A stretch of 64,000 nucleotides of DNA, taken from positions 33,354 through 97,353 of IMG/VR virus record IMGVR_UViG_3300032296_001209; one strand, given 5' to 3'. The notes below the pieces were generated by a model. It made no database searches, had not been told where the DNA came from, and saw only the letters and a program-made list of their open reading frames with translations. Position numbers and translations under genes: made by a program. This DNA is from a virus. The first letter of the stretch is position 1; the number at the start of each line of letters is the position of its first letter. Positions 50,393 through 59,747 of this stretch are shown in pieces.

Positions 50393-50839
50393 TTATGGGG
50401 TACAGGGTGATCCTGTAATTACTGTTAATCCACCTGTATTAGTATAAGGTCCACCAAAGCCATTACTTAAACACAAAGGTCCTTCTGTATCACCATTAGG
50501 TACACTGATAGTAACTGTATTAGTTGGATCACTACATAGTCTGTAGATTAATGGTTGTGCACTACCGGTTGAATTAGTAAATGTATACTCTTGGCAATCA
50601 TTAGCATCTGACTGCACTTCATTACCGGCAGCATATACACCATCACCACAGTAAGATTGTACTTCTACATCATATGTAACACCACTAGTTAATCCAGTAA
50701 TACTAAATTCTTCAGGTGATAATCCTGTAGTAGGTACTATTAATTCTGTAAAACTAATAGCAGTACTTTCTTTATACCGGATTTTATATTGAACCGGTAC
50801 AGGGGATGGAGGATTGAAGGTTATAAATAAAGTGCTCAT
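50393..50839 (-). CDS. FN3-domain virion protein
   Basis: YKIRYK...ITGLTSGVTYDVEVQSYC FN3 pattern plus a Cys-containing C-domain. Confidence 0.7.
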   Translation of the reverse strand: MSTLFITFNPPSPVPVQYKIRYKESTAISFTELIVPTTGLSPEEFSITGLTSGVTYDVEVQSYCGDGVYAAGNEVQSDANDCQEYTFTNSTGSAQPLIYRLCSDPTNTVTISVPNGDTEGPLCLSNGFGGPYTNTGGLTVITGSPCTP

Positions 50840-51369
50840 GCAGTTAATGTTTTAAAGCTTAGTGTAATAGAAGTACAACAATCAACAGAAGATGATGTAC
50901 TTGTTTTAATTCTTACATAGTAAGTTGTATTAGCTAGTAAGTTAATGATAGTCCATTGGGTGTAAGTGCTAGCTAATGCTACTTGTACAACACCGGTTGC
51001 AAAAGTAGGACTAGTGCTGTACTCCAATTTTACCGCAGTAATAGCAGCGGGTGCTCCTGGATATGACCAGAATACTGTACCCTCTGTTACTTTAATATCC
51101 AAGATTTCAAAGTCTTTAATACTCTGACAAACAGCTGTAGGATCAAAGCAAGTTGGGTCTGTAAGATACAAAGCCAACTTCTTGATTACTACATCTAATC
51201 TGTCTCCGGTATTAATTCCAATATCATAGATATTATTTCCGGTATATGATACACACTCAAACGCGGTTATCTCTTCACAAGGTTCTGTATTGTTACATAC
51301 AGTAGTTACTGGAGAGGTTAAAGCGGTTTCAGTGCATCCGCAGGGTGTTGATATACAATTGCAGCTCAT
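50836..51369 (-). CDS. Cys-rich fibre-associated protein with FN3 domain
   Basis: ECVSYTG..GINTGDRLDVVIKKL motif and NLLANTTYYVRIKT. Confidence 0.65.
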   Translation of the reverse strand: MSCNCISTPCGCTETALTSPVTTVCNNTEPCEEITAFECVSYTGNNIYDIGINTGDRLDVVIKKLALYLTDPTCFDPTAVCQSIKDFEILDIKVTEGTVFWSYPGAPAAITAVKLEYSTSPTFATGVVQVALASTYTQWTIINLLANTTYYVRIKTSTSSSVDCCTSITLSFKTLTA

Positions 51370-51371
51370 GA

Positions 51372-52892
51372 TTAGTTAATTAAGTATGCTTCTACACTAG
51401 TTGGTGATACACATCCGGTGCTTACAATTGAGATCAATTGCTTAGGACAAGTGCGTACAACAGTTGGTATACCATCTGGAGGTGTATTAATAATTTGTAC
51501 TTCAAAGTAGTAGTTACCCAAACTTAATCCAGTTACTGCTCCAGTTACAGGGTTAGGTAACAATGTTGCTGCGTTAGTATCTGAAGTAGATACCAATGCT
51601 AAAGTAGCATCATATATATTTAATCTGTAAGAAGTAGTTGCGCTGGTAGAGAAAATATTCGGGAATGAGTATTGGATCTCACCAATGCTGAACATGAAAC
51701 TAGAGGTAAGAGTTACAGTAGGACAACCTACAGTGTTAACTACATCAAAAGCAACTCTATTCTGACAAGTTAAATCGCTTGTAGAATTAAAGAAGCAGTA
51801 GTTTACCGCTACACTAAAGTCTTCTGCTAATACCAATGAAGAACTAGAGAGATCAAAATCCGCAGATGTAGACCCGTCTATAATACTAGCAATGTTATTA
51901 AAGGTGTAAGTAGCGCTGTTACCACTAGTATCTGTGATAGTAATAGTAGAAGTAGGTGTAGGGCATTGTACAAACTGAGTAGGTATAACACTTCCGGGGC
52001 TTGCAAAAATACTTAAAGTACTTCCATCAAGTACACCAAAGAATCCTAAGTCAATATCAGCACATGTCTTAGTGCAGCAATCTTGTAACTGAGTTACTAA
52101 ACCACGCATATCACAGATAGCAATCCACATGTTGTTGATTGTATCTGCTAATGTACTTACTGTTACTTTCCAATCAGGGTAGGCAGAAGCCATTGTACCG
52201 GGTAAAGATAATGCCGGCTCATTTGTAATATTACAGAATGGTACAATCTCAGCAGCTAACTCAGCAGGAGTGCCGGTAACTGCTTCTAGATCACACAACT
52301 CTTGTTCTACTGTAGCAAGGATAGCAGCTAATGTAGCTGTACCAGTTCCTAAGCATACGTATGTAGAGTTTAAAGGGGCATAAGTAGTAGGTAGTGTAAG
52401 TAGAGTATTATTAATGTTTGTAATACTTGTACCATATCCGCTAACTACACTTGATAAATTTGTTACTGAAGTTTCTAAATCACAGAACTCTGTACCAATT
52501 AACTCTGCGTATTCTACTACACCTAATGTAGTACTTCCGGCTTCAGCTTGTAAACAAGGGGCCACATCACAGGTTAAACTAATTGGTGAAGGAATAACAA
52601 TGTCATCTACAATAGTATAGAGATCACATAGCTTATCTACAACGTACTGAATTAAATCATTATAGTTTGTATATGAGAAGTCTCCTCCTCCTAAACATGC
52701 AACATTTACAGAGACTTCAGCAGCCCTTGTATCAATATCACATAACAACTCTCCAAGTTTAGCTACTACGTCAGTAACCGTATCTCCTTTACATAATCCA
52801 ATACATGGAATATCCGGGCCTTGCCAAGATACACAGTTTGAAGATATTACACTACATGGTGTACTTTTATTGTTTGATCCTACAGGTAACAT
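51372..52892 (-). CDS. Cys-rich tail fibre / fibre-base protein
   Basis: 506 aa; SSNCVSWQGPDIPCIGLCKGDTVTDVVAKL, repeated LCD-type segments, beta-rich C-terminus. Confidence 0.6.
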   Translation of the reverse strand: MLPVGSNNKSTPCSVISSNCVSWQGPDIPCIGLCKGDTVTDVVAKLGELLCDIDTRAAEVSVNVACLGGGDFSYTNYNDLIQYVVDKLCDLYTIVDDIVIPSPISLTCDVAPCLQAEAGSTTLGVVEYAELIGTEFCDLETSVTNLSSVVSGYGTSITNINNTLLTLPTTYAPLNSTYVCLGTGTATLAAILATVEQELCDLEAVTGTPAELAAEIVPFCNITNEPALSLPGTMASAYPDWKVTVSTLADTINNMWIAICDMRGLVTQLQDCCTKTCADIDLGFFGVLDGSTLSIFASPGSVIPTQFVQCPTPTSTITITDTSGNSATYTFNNIASIIDGSTSADFDLSSSSLVLAEDFSVAVNYCFFNSTSDLTCQNRVAFDVVNTVGCPTVTLTSSFMFSIGEIQYSFPNIFSTSATTSYRLNIYDATLALVSTSDTNAATLLPNPVTGAVTGLSLGNYYFEVQIINTPPDGIPTVVRTCPKQLISIVSTGCVSPTSVEAYLIN

Positions 52893-52921
52893 GATTGTAT
52901 AGAAATATAGTGTCCACTTAA

Positions 52922-52952
52922 TATAGTGTACACTATAATATAAGCAAAGTTA
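52922..52952 (-). promoter_or_regulatory. Putative promoter with 16-bp perfect palindrome
   Basis: tatagtgtacactata palindrome; minus strand TAACTTTGCTTATATTATAG. Confidence 0.5.
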
Positions 52953-52974
52953 TAAAAAAATCAAACTATTAAGT

Positions 52975-53012
52975 AATAAAAATACCCCGCCACAAATAAT
53001 GTAACGGGGTAT
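52975..53012 (-). terminator. Rho-independent terminator
   Basis: Minus strand ATACCCCGTTACA-TTATT-TGTGGCGGGGTAT-TTTTATT. Confidence 0.8.
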
Positions 53013-53030
53013 CTATTAGATAATAGATGA

Positions 53031-53345
53031 TTAAGCTGACTGTGTACTCAAAATAGTAACAGTACCTTCTCCGGTAACTGTTTCAATTTCAGTGATACAT
53101 TTGTCATGAATCAAAGTCATCAAACCGTCTCCCCAGAATTCTTCTACTGTCAAGTTAGTAGAAACACGTGAAGGCAAGCTAGGCAAATTTAAAGATTGCT
53201 TACCAGCAAGCCAGTCCTCTTGAGACTTGAAGTAGCTGATGTTTACCCAGTTGTCATTAATCAAATAAATGTTCAAGAACGCAAATGCGCTTGACACTTC
53301 AAAGCCCTCGGCTGTAGTAAGTGTCGTGTTGATAGAAAGTGCCAT
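53031..53345 (-). CDS. Hypothetical protein (own promoter motif and terminator)
   Basis: 104 aa; TTTTGTATATTGTAGT motif at ~53371-53386 upstream, terminator downstream. Confidence 0.6.
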   Translation of the reverse strand: MALSINTTLTTAEGFEVSSAFAFLNIYLINDNWVNISYFKSQEDWLAGKQSLNLPSLPSRVSTNLTVEEFWGDGLMTLIHDKCITEIETVTGEGTVTILSTQSA

Positions 53346-53405
53346 AATTGGTATTATTAAGTTATATTACACTACAATATACAAAATAATTTTGTTATTC
53401 TATAG

Positions 53406-53603
53406 TTATAATAATAAAATATCTAAATCTAAAAGAGCATTCATATCACACAACTCTTTGTTGTAGATATCTAGTTCCCAGTTTTCATCACAGCATGTTG
53501 CAATGCCGTATTTCATTCTTTTAAATTGTGTGTAGATAGCCTCTGCAAACTTTACGTTTGTTGATTCTGATCCACAGTTGTAACAACTGCTGCATGCTTC
53601 CAT
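53406..53603 (-). CDS. Small Cys-rich protein
   Basis: 65 aa MEACSSCYNC...KYGIATCC. Confidence 0.5.
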   Translation of the reverse strand: MEACSSCYNCGSESTNVKFAEAIYTQFKRMKYGIATCCDENWELDIYNKELCDMNALLDLDILLL

Positions 53604-53728
53604 TCTAATTGTTTTTTAAGTGTTTGTTCATAACTAGTTACACAACTAGTACATACTCTTGTGCCATTGCTGGCTGATCTTACTTGACAACCACAGGATA
53701 ACTGGGTGCCGCAGTTTGGACATTTCAT
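53552..53728 (-). CDS. Small zinc-finger-like protein
   Basis: MKCPNCGTQLSCGCQ...VCTSC; likely start at 53728. Confidence 0.6.
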   Translation of the reverse strand: MKCPNCGTQLSCGCQVRSASNGTRVCTSCVTSYEQTLKKQLEWKHAAVVTTVDQNQQT

Positions 53729-53752
53729 ATTAGATTTAACTCCCATATTGGT

Positions 53753-54301
53753 TTAATTGCAATACGTGCAGGAGAGTTTGTCAAGTTGTGCAAGGGCATA
53801 ATTGTAAATAGCCATGCCCTGGTCTGCATTATGACAATACTCTACTTTAGCTTTTGCTCCATCCAACATAGTACGGAGAAGTCTTAATCTAGTTAGCTTC
53901 TCTCTTTCTGGTTGAACGGGCTCACATCCGGATAAATTAATATTACAGAATATGTTATAATATTTATTTACAGCGGCTGTAATGCGAAGATAATTATATT
54001 CTACAAATACTTTGTCATTGGGTGCTACACTGTAGCGGATTACATAAATACCATCAGGTAATGATGTAGGAATAGTATCACAGTTTGTTGTTTGAATACC
54101 TAAAGCACATGCTGTAACTAATGTCTCTCCACCTTGTACCATAGTTACAGATACTGGCTCAGTAAATCCGGGAACTAAAATTTGTAAAGTAGGACAGGCT
54201 ACAGCCAATTCTGTACTGTAAATACTGGTATCTACAACTCTCAATACATTTAAATTAAGTGTATCAGGAATATCTAAACTAAGGATGTGTTTGTTTGCCA
54301 T
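53753..54301 (-). CDS. Tail hub-like structural protein
   Basis: 182 aa; LPDGIYVIRYSV motif and helical C-terminus, as in crAss-like tail hub proteins. Confidence 0.55.
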   Translation of the reverse strand: MANKHILSLDIPDTLNLNVLRVVDTSIYSTELAVACPTLQILVPGFTEPVSVTMVQGGETLVTACALGIQTTNCDTIPTSLPDGIYVIRYSVAPNDKVFVEYNYLRITAAVNKYYNIFCNINLSGCEPVQPEREKLTRLRLLRTMLDGAKAKVEYCHNADQGMAIYNYALAQLDKLSCTYCN

Positions 54302-54353
54302 AATTGTAAAGGTAGAGTTAACTACTCATATATAATTTAATCATTATTTGCAA

Positions 54354-54391
54354 ATAAAAAAAGGGGAAGATTTCTCCTCCCCTTCTTTTTT
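54354..54391. terminator. Bidirectional Rho-independent terminator
   Basis: Minus strand AAGGGGAGGA-GAAA-TCTTCCCCTT-TTTTT, with T-runs on both sides. Confidence 0.85.
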
Positions 54392-54406
54392 ATGATACGC
54401 TCTGAA

Positions 54407-55768
54407 TTATTTCAATTCAGTCAAAGCAACAGGGTTGCCAGCAGCAGTCAAAATAGCAGCAATATCACCAGCAAAATCAGAGGCAGCAGCACTTGCATAA
54501 GTCAAGTTAGCAGCAGCTACACCAGCTACAGATAAAGTAGAAGTAGTAGCAACCAACTCCAATACATACTGATCATTATCAAAAGTACCACTAGGGTTGT
54601 TGAAACGAGGTACACTGTGTTGTACATAGAAACGTCCGTAAGTACCAGTACGTTGAATAACATCCAAAGGAGCTCCACCCAAAGTGATTTCACGGATACG
54701 TGGATCATCATTCCAGTTGTTTTGACGGTAGCGCTCAGACAAGATCAAGTCACGTACTACAGTTTCTCCAAAGCCTTCACCTTGAATACCCAATACAGGA
54801 CCTAAAATAGCAGTAGCAGGGTCATTGGCAGCACCAGAACCACGCTTAACACACAAACCTTGGAATACACAAGGATCACCAGTTTCATCTACTTCAGAAG
54901 CATAGATCTGAATAGGCTCTTTTTCAAAGTAATCAGTAGGCTCAAAAGAACAATCTCCAAAACGGGTATCAACATAAGCACCAGCCAAAATCAAACCAGC
55001 ACATACATCAGCAGCAGCAACACCAGCAGGAGTTACATAAGTATCCCAATCAGAGGTAGAAATAACAGAACCGTTGATAGTTACGTTACCACCATTCTTG
55101 CTCCAATAAGACCAAACACTAGTTGAAGGGTTTTTGATCTGTACTACAGGTAATACAAAAGGAGAGAGGATAGGGTTAGCATCATCGTAAGGAGTGGTTT
55201 GAGTACCAGCAATTTGCTTAGCCCAACCAATCATTACCAACGCAGGATCTACTTCATTAGGAGTAGTGCTAGAGCAACATCCAGTGTAGTAAGATAATAC
55301 TTGGTAAGCATTGTGATTCAAGAAACGCAAAGCTGGGCTTCCTTTGATATCAATACGCAAGTAGTAAGTTTCACCACACAAGAAGTTAGGACAAGCACAA
55401 TTGTAAGGAGCAGCTGCAGTAGTAGCAGTTTGACCTACATAGGTAACAGCTTGGCTAGCACTCTTAGGAGCAGAGTAGAAGAATCCGCTAACATACTTAG
55501 GGTTGATAGCTTTAGACTTCATACTCTCAGCATAACCACCGTGGAAAGGTCCTACTTTATCAGTAGCGGGAGTTAAGCTAGAGCTAGCAATGATGAAAGG
55601 ACTAGTAGATGCAACACCTGCTAAGTTAGCAAAGGTCTTAGCATCATACAAACCAAATTTACCCAAATTAGCTGAACTAGAAGTCAACTGTGAGTAGGTA
55701 GTTCCAGCGGCAGTCTGATAGATACCGATTGAAGGAAATACCTTTTTGAAGGCGTGATTAAAATACAT
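54407..55768 (-). CDS. Abundant structural protein (auxiliary capsid/decoration-like)
   Basis: 453 aa; biased codon usage, followed by a strong terminator; crAss synteny after the ring-1 gene. Confidence 0.55.
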   Translation of the reverse strand: MYFNHAFKKVFPSIGIYQTAAGTTYSQLTSSSANLGKFGLYDAKTFANLAGVASTSPFIIASSSLTPATDKVGPFHGGYAESMKSKAINPKYVSGFFYSAPKSASQAVTYVGQTATTAAAPYNCACPNFLCGETYYLRIDIKGSPALRFLNHNAYQVLSYYTGCCSSTTPNEVDPALVMIGWAKQIAGTQTTPYDDANPILSPFVLPVVQIKNPSTSVWSYWSKNGGNVTINGSVISTSDWDTYVTPAGVAAADVCAGLILAGAYVDTRFGDCSFEPTDYFEKEPIQIYASEVDETGDPCVFQGLCVKRGSGAANDPATAILGPVLGIQGEGFGETVVRDLILSERYRQNNWNDDPRIREITLGGAPLDVIQRTGTYGRFYVQHSVPRFNNPSGTFDNDQYVLELVATTSTLSVAGVAAANLTYASAAASDFAGDIAAILTAAGNPVALTELK

Positions 55769-55820
55769 AATTTTTTATTTTTTATTGTTATACAAATAGA
55801 TACACTATTATTATAATGAA

Positions 55821-56225
55821 TTATTTCAAGAAAAGCAACTTATATTTTGTAGAATTTATTAAAGCTTTAATTTCATCCATAGTATTAATGATACTTGAGC
55901 AAGTCATCATACCTTGTACATAACCTATTTTATCATATAATACCCGCAAATATTTAATTGCTTCATCTGTAGTTTTAATAGCCGGAATAGACATCTGATC
56001 AGGATATGGTAAAAGCATTTCTTCTTTACCTTGATACTGTTCAGCTAAACCATCAGCTACCTCTACAATACTATCATAGAACTCACCCATAGTTACATGA
56101 GCAGAATAGCTAGTACTTAATAGATGAGCAACATGCACCTTTGTAGATGTATGTAGCATCTCATAAATAAGTTCTGCCATTGCTTTATGAGCACCGGTAG
56201 AAGGACGTTGTAATTTTTGTATCAT
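55821..56225 (-). CDS. Phage Dps/ferritin-like protein (DUF5856-like)
   Basis: HVAHL..SYSAH..MGEFYD...DGLAEQYQG...DEI..LI..TKYKL pattern. Confidence 0.7.
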   Translation of the reverse strand: MIQKLQRPSTGAHKAMAELIYEMLHTSTKVHVAHLLSTSYSAHVTMGEFYDSIVEVADGLAEQYQGKEEMLLPYPDQMSIPAIKTTDEAIKYLRVLYDKIGYVQGMMTCSSIINTMDEIKALINSTKYKLLFLK

Positions 56226-56227
56226 GA

Positions 56228-56929
56228 TTAATTATTTCTATCAGCATTTTGAGAACCACGTGCAAACTGATTTACAGACTCAATATCACCGGCAAGAATA
56301 CTTACAGCTTCATCAATGAGTAACTCTGTAATATCATCTTTAAACTCACATGTAACATCAGCAAGGGAAAGATTACCTGTATATGGATCAATAGAGTTTA
56401 TAATCTGGATATACCGGGGTCTTCTGTAATAGGTAAGAGTAGCATTTACAACATCAAATTCATTTGCTGTGTAAATCCGGATCTTATTACCCATAATAGT
56501 ACAGAAGGTTTCTCCCCATTCATAACTAGGTTTTCTAAAGTCATCATCCAATAACTCATCTACGTTAGCTTCTTCAGCTAAGTATACAGTCATACTATCA
56601 GCTTTGCAACAATCTGTTTTAGCATAAGTGCTTACACGCTTATACTCTAAGTAATCAGCAGGTAGATCTGTGGTTTCATAGTACATAGTAAGCTGTGTAC
56701 CGGCTAAAGGAATTTGAGTTAACAATAACTGTAAATCATCTATCCTTCTTTTAGAACCCTCATCACCTTCTCTGTACTGGTTACCACCGTGTAATTGTCT
56801 CCTAACCCATTCAATCTGGGCTTTGTTAAAAGCTTCAATAATCTGCCAGGCCTCTAGATTATCATAATCATTAGAGTCTAGCTTATTAAGCCTTTGCTTA
56901 ACTTTTAGTTGTAGTATAGAGTTATTCAT
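56228..56929 (-). CDS. Head-tail ring protein
   Basis: 233 aa; FNKAQ, LPADYL, YYRRP and CEF...ELLIDEAV motifs typical of crAss ring proteins. Confidence 0.65.
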   Translation of the reverse strand: MNNSILQLKVKQRLNKLDSNDYDNLEAWQIIEAFNKAQIEWVRRQLHGGNQYREGDEGSKRRIDDLQLLLTQIPLAGTQLTMYYETTDLPADYLEYKRVSTYAKTDCCKADSMTVYLAEEANVDELLDDDFRKPSYEWGETFCTIMGNKIRIYTANEFDVVNATLTYYRRPRYIQIINSIDPYTGNLSLADVTCEFKDDITELLIDEAVSILAGDIESVNQFARGSQNADRNN

Positions 56930-56938
56930 AATAGGTAG

Positions 56939-56967
56939 TAGGGGGATTATTAGTCCCCCTATTTTTT
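56939..56967. terminator. GC hairpin, T-run on the + strand side
   Basis: tagggggatt-att-agtcccccta-tttttt. Confidence 0.6.
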
Positions 56968-57109
56968 ACTTCTTTTTCTTAACCACAGTTTTCTTAACCA
57001 TACCACCCATTTTCATGTAACCACCCATCATAGATGATTCACGTCCGGTTGGGCTACCCTTTGGTACAGGTTTAGAGAAATTAGGTTTACTTGCTTTTTT
57101 AGTTGCCAT
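56966..57109 (-). CDS. Unannotated 47-aa basic peptide with xxxGG motifs
   Basis: MATKKASKPNFSKPVPKGSPTGRESSMMGGYMKMGGMVKKTVVKKKK*; fills the gap between two genes. Confidence 0.75.
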   Translation of the reverse strand: MATKKASKPNFSKPVPKGSPTGRESSMMGGYMKMGGMVKKTVVKKKK

Positions 57110-57116
57110 GATAGTA

Positions 57117-58127
57117 TTATTTCCAGTGTTGTTCTACTTTATTAATAATTGCATCAGCTACATCTTGATTAAGAGGATTCTTCAAGAACTCTACTACATC
57201 ACTAGATGTCTTACCTAACATAGTACTACTTGCTAAATGATAGACAAATCCATCTGACTTAGTAACAATGTACTTATAAGTACCGGCATCTCTTACAATA
57301 GCCCGCAATTTTAAAGTGGTCAAATCATTCTCAGCAACATCTAAGAATCTCTCTGCACACTTCTTCTTATCTCTTTCTACACTTTCCCCGTTAATATATT
57401 TATCCATGTTATCATAGATAATATCATTAGGTGTAGACTTCTTATACTGTGTAGCATCAATATCAATGATCTTAGCAACATAGAACAACTTAGTTTGATT
57501 CTTATCAAACATCTTCTGTAATTCAGAAAGAGCTTTGTTCCGGGTTTTCTTAGTCTCAGTTTTGATAGTAACAGTTTCTTCCATCTTATCTAGATAGAAC
57601 TTAGGGGGTTTAGACATCTTTCTAGCCTCATCATATGACTTAGCTACAATACTAAAACCATGTGCTTCAATAGCATATAGTTTAATAAGATCATAAGGAT
57701 CTGTAGCAGGCTCTAAATAAAGTGGATCATTACCCACCCTAATTACAATCTTGCTCCAGAAATCATCATTATCTGGTCTAAGTAATTTAATTTTGTTCCA
57801 GAATTCTGCATCATCAGGATTAACAACATTAGCTGCTAATTCTTTTTCTAACTGAGATACTACCTTCCGGATCTCTTTAATCTTAGCCTCTCTATCTACA
57901 TCTGGTAAGAACTTCACTTCAGGAGCAAACTCATTAAGTCCAGTAAGATAACGCTTAATACCGTTAATCTCTAGACAAGCTAGTTGCTCTTCATGGAATA
58001 CACCATCAAAAAGAGAGAGACCATAAGACTCTAATCCCATGTTACTCACATTAGGATCAAAGTAAGATTTAATACTTAAGGAACCCTTTTTGTTTTGGGG
58101 ATACCTGTCTACAATTGTTACACTCAT
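57117..58127 (-). CDS. Conserved crAss-like head-module protein (gene 75-like)
   Basis: 336 aa; DDFW..., P.DLIK and C-terminal LGKT..DVVEFLKNPLNQ motifs. Confidence 0.6.
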   Translation of the reverse strand: MSVTIVDRYPQNKKGSLSIKSYFDPNVSNMGLESYGLSLFDGVFHEEQLACLEINGIKRYLTGLNEFAPEVKFLPDVDREAKIKEIRKVVSQLEKELAANVVNPDDAEFWNKIKLLRPDNDDFWSKIVIRVGNDPLYLEPATDPYDLIKLYAIEAHGFSIVAKSYDEARKMSKPPKFYLDKMEETVTIKTETKKTRNKALSELQKMFDKNQTKLFYVAKIIDIDATQYKKSTPNDIIYDNMDKYINGESVERDKKKCAERFLDVAENDLTTLKLRAIVRDAGTYKYIVTKSDGFVYHLASSTMLGKTSSDVVEFLKNPLNQDVADAIINKVEQHWK

Positions 58128-58171
58128 TGGTTTATGTTATTTGGTTGGTTTTTATTTTTCAAATATAGTTA

Positions 58172-58732
58172 TTATGGTACGTACTTTATAGCATTTCCCG
58201 CTGCGGGATCATACCATAAAGAACCTGAAGCTAATCCAGCAGAACTATTTGGTAAACTAGTAATACCTAGTTTTAAAATATTTACTAGACCATCCTCTCT
58301 AAATGTTACAACATCACTTAAATTAACACCATCTACGTAGGTTCTGATACCACCTACAACAGTAGTACTACCAACCGGATTAGAGGCAAAGTTTAAGTTT
58401 ACTTGCTGAGATGAAGGAACTCTAGTGATATTAAAACGGTTAGTTGCAGTACCATCTTCAATATCCAAATACATTGCACTAATATCATCTGTAGTAATGC
58501 GTAATGGACTTGTAAACTGAGCTGAGTTAATAGATAATTTAAGACTAGTTAAATTACCATATGCATCTACTATTGGTGTAAGAGTTGCGGTTAACGGACC
58601 TGTTGTTGCTAGTTTTAAACTATCTGCTAAAAAATCAACAATAGAATTAATGTGACCAAATTTAGCCAATGACATATCAGCATCGGTGTTTAAATATGGA
58701 TCAGGAGACAGGGGGACAAATTTATTTATCAT
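58172..58732 (-). CDS. Putative head fibre/decoration protein
   Basis: N-terminal KFVPLSPD...AKFGHINSIV shared with 60694-61272; C-terminal LPNSSAGLASGSLW motif. Confidence 0.55.
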   Translation of the reverse strand: MINKFVPLSPDPYLNTDADMSLAKFGHINSIVDFLADSLKLATTGPLTATLTPIVDAYGNLTSLKLSINSAQFTSPLRITTDDISAMYLDIEDGTATNRFNITRVPSSQQVNLNFASNPVGSTTVVGGIRTYVDGVNLSDVVTFREDGLVNILKLGITSLPNSSAGLASGSLWYDPAAGNAIKYVP

Positions 58733-58744
58733 TTTATTTATTTA

Positions 58745-59746
58745 TTATACGGGGTTTGACATATCTTGTAACATCTGAACTCTAGCTGCTACACGATAAT
58801 TAGAGGAATATCCAGCTCTAAACTTTACAGTAATTGAGTTGGGATATAAAGAAGAGATAGCATAAAGCATAGAAGATGAGCTTAATGCAGCATCTCCGGC
58901 TTTAGCAATATTAGTAGATGATACACTAAAAATAGTACCACCGGCACTGTTTGCCCGGTTTACCATCACTGTATCTTCACCAGTAATAACTCTATTATTT
59001 ACTAAATCTACAGCAACCCAGTTAACAGTAAGTGACCACACCAAAGGTACGGGAACACCTGTAACTGCATTAAGATCGTGTAACATAGTTAAGTCTTTTC
59101 CTAAGTTAGGAATATTAACCATGTCACCATTTGTCTGTAATTGACCATGTGCTGTAGTAGTTGCTGGTCCTTCATAGAACATAGTGATAACAGAAGCTTG
59201 TACCGCTTTTAATAAACCAATGGCTTCATAAAAACGTGATACTCTTACTTGCTCACCTTCATGAACAGGCCATGCAAATCCACCACTAAGAACAGCGCTA
59301 TAAGGAGCTTGTGCATCACCATCTGTAGCATCAGTACCAACATAAGCGGTTTGACAGTTAAGAATAGTACCATGTCTGTTTAGGTCATTAAGAAAATTAA
59401 TATATTCACCAAAAACAAAATGATAACTTCCTTTAACTTGATTGTACTTACCGCCTATAAATGATGTAAACGCATTTAATTTATTTGAGTATCCAAACAC
59501 AAATGAATTAGCACTATCACACTCATTATATGCACCAATAACCATACTTGCTTCACCAGAAACTATATTGTTAAATCCTCCTAAAATAGATGAATATTGT
59601 CCAGTAGCTTTATTCTCACTACCACCAATTAATACAGAGGCATAACCACTAGCAACCATATCAGAAGCAGTTCTTCCAAAATTAAAATCTATTGCATAGT
59701 CACCACGAGGGTCACCTATATTTGGGGTAAGTACGTAATTTGGCAT
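58745..59746 (-). CDS. Short beta-roll fibre paralog
   Basis: GDPRGDYAIDF leader, GGxxN repeats, shared C-terminal beta-domain. Confidence 0.65.
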   Translation of the reverse strand: MPNYVLTPNIGDPRGDYAIDFNFGRTASDMVASGYASVLIGGSENKATGQYSSILGGFNNIVSGEASMVIGAYNECDSANSFVFGYSNKLNAFTSFIGGKYNQVKGSYHFVFGEYINFLNDLNRHGTILNCQTAYVGTDATDGDAQAPYSAVLSGGFAWPVHEGEQVRVSRFYEAIGLLKAVQASVITMFYEGPATTTAHGQLQTNGDMVNIPNLGKDLTMLHDLNAVTGVPVPLVWSLTVNWVAVDLVNNRVITGEDTVMVNRANSAGGTIFSVSSTNIAKAGDAALSSSSMLYAISSLYPNSITVKFRAGYSSNYRVAARVQMLQDMSNPV

Positions 59747-59747
59747 A

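Noticed and set aside
53552-53620. Programmed -1 frameshift fusing the two overlapping small Cys-rich ORFs at CTT AAA AAA C
   Set aside because: Not a canonical X XXY YYZ heptamer in frame, and the downstream ORF has its own ATG.
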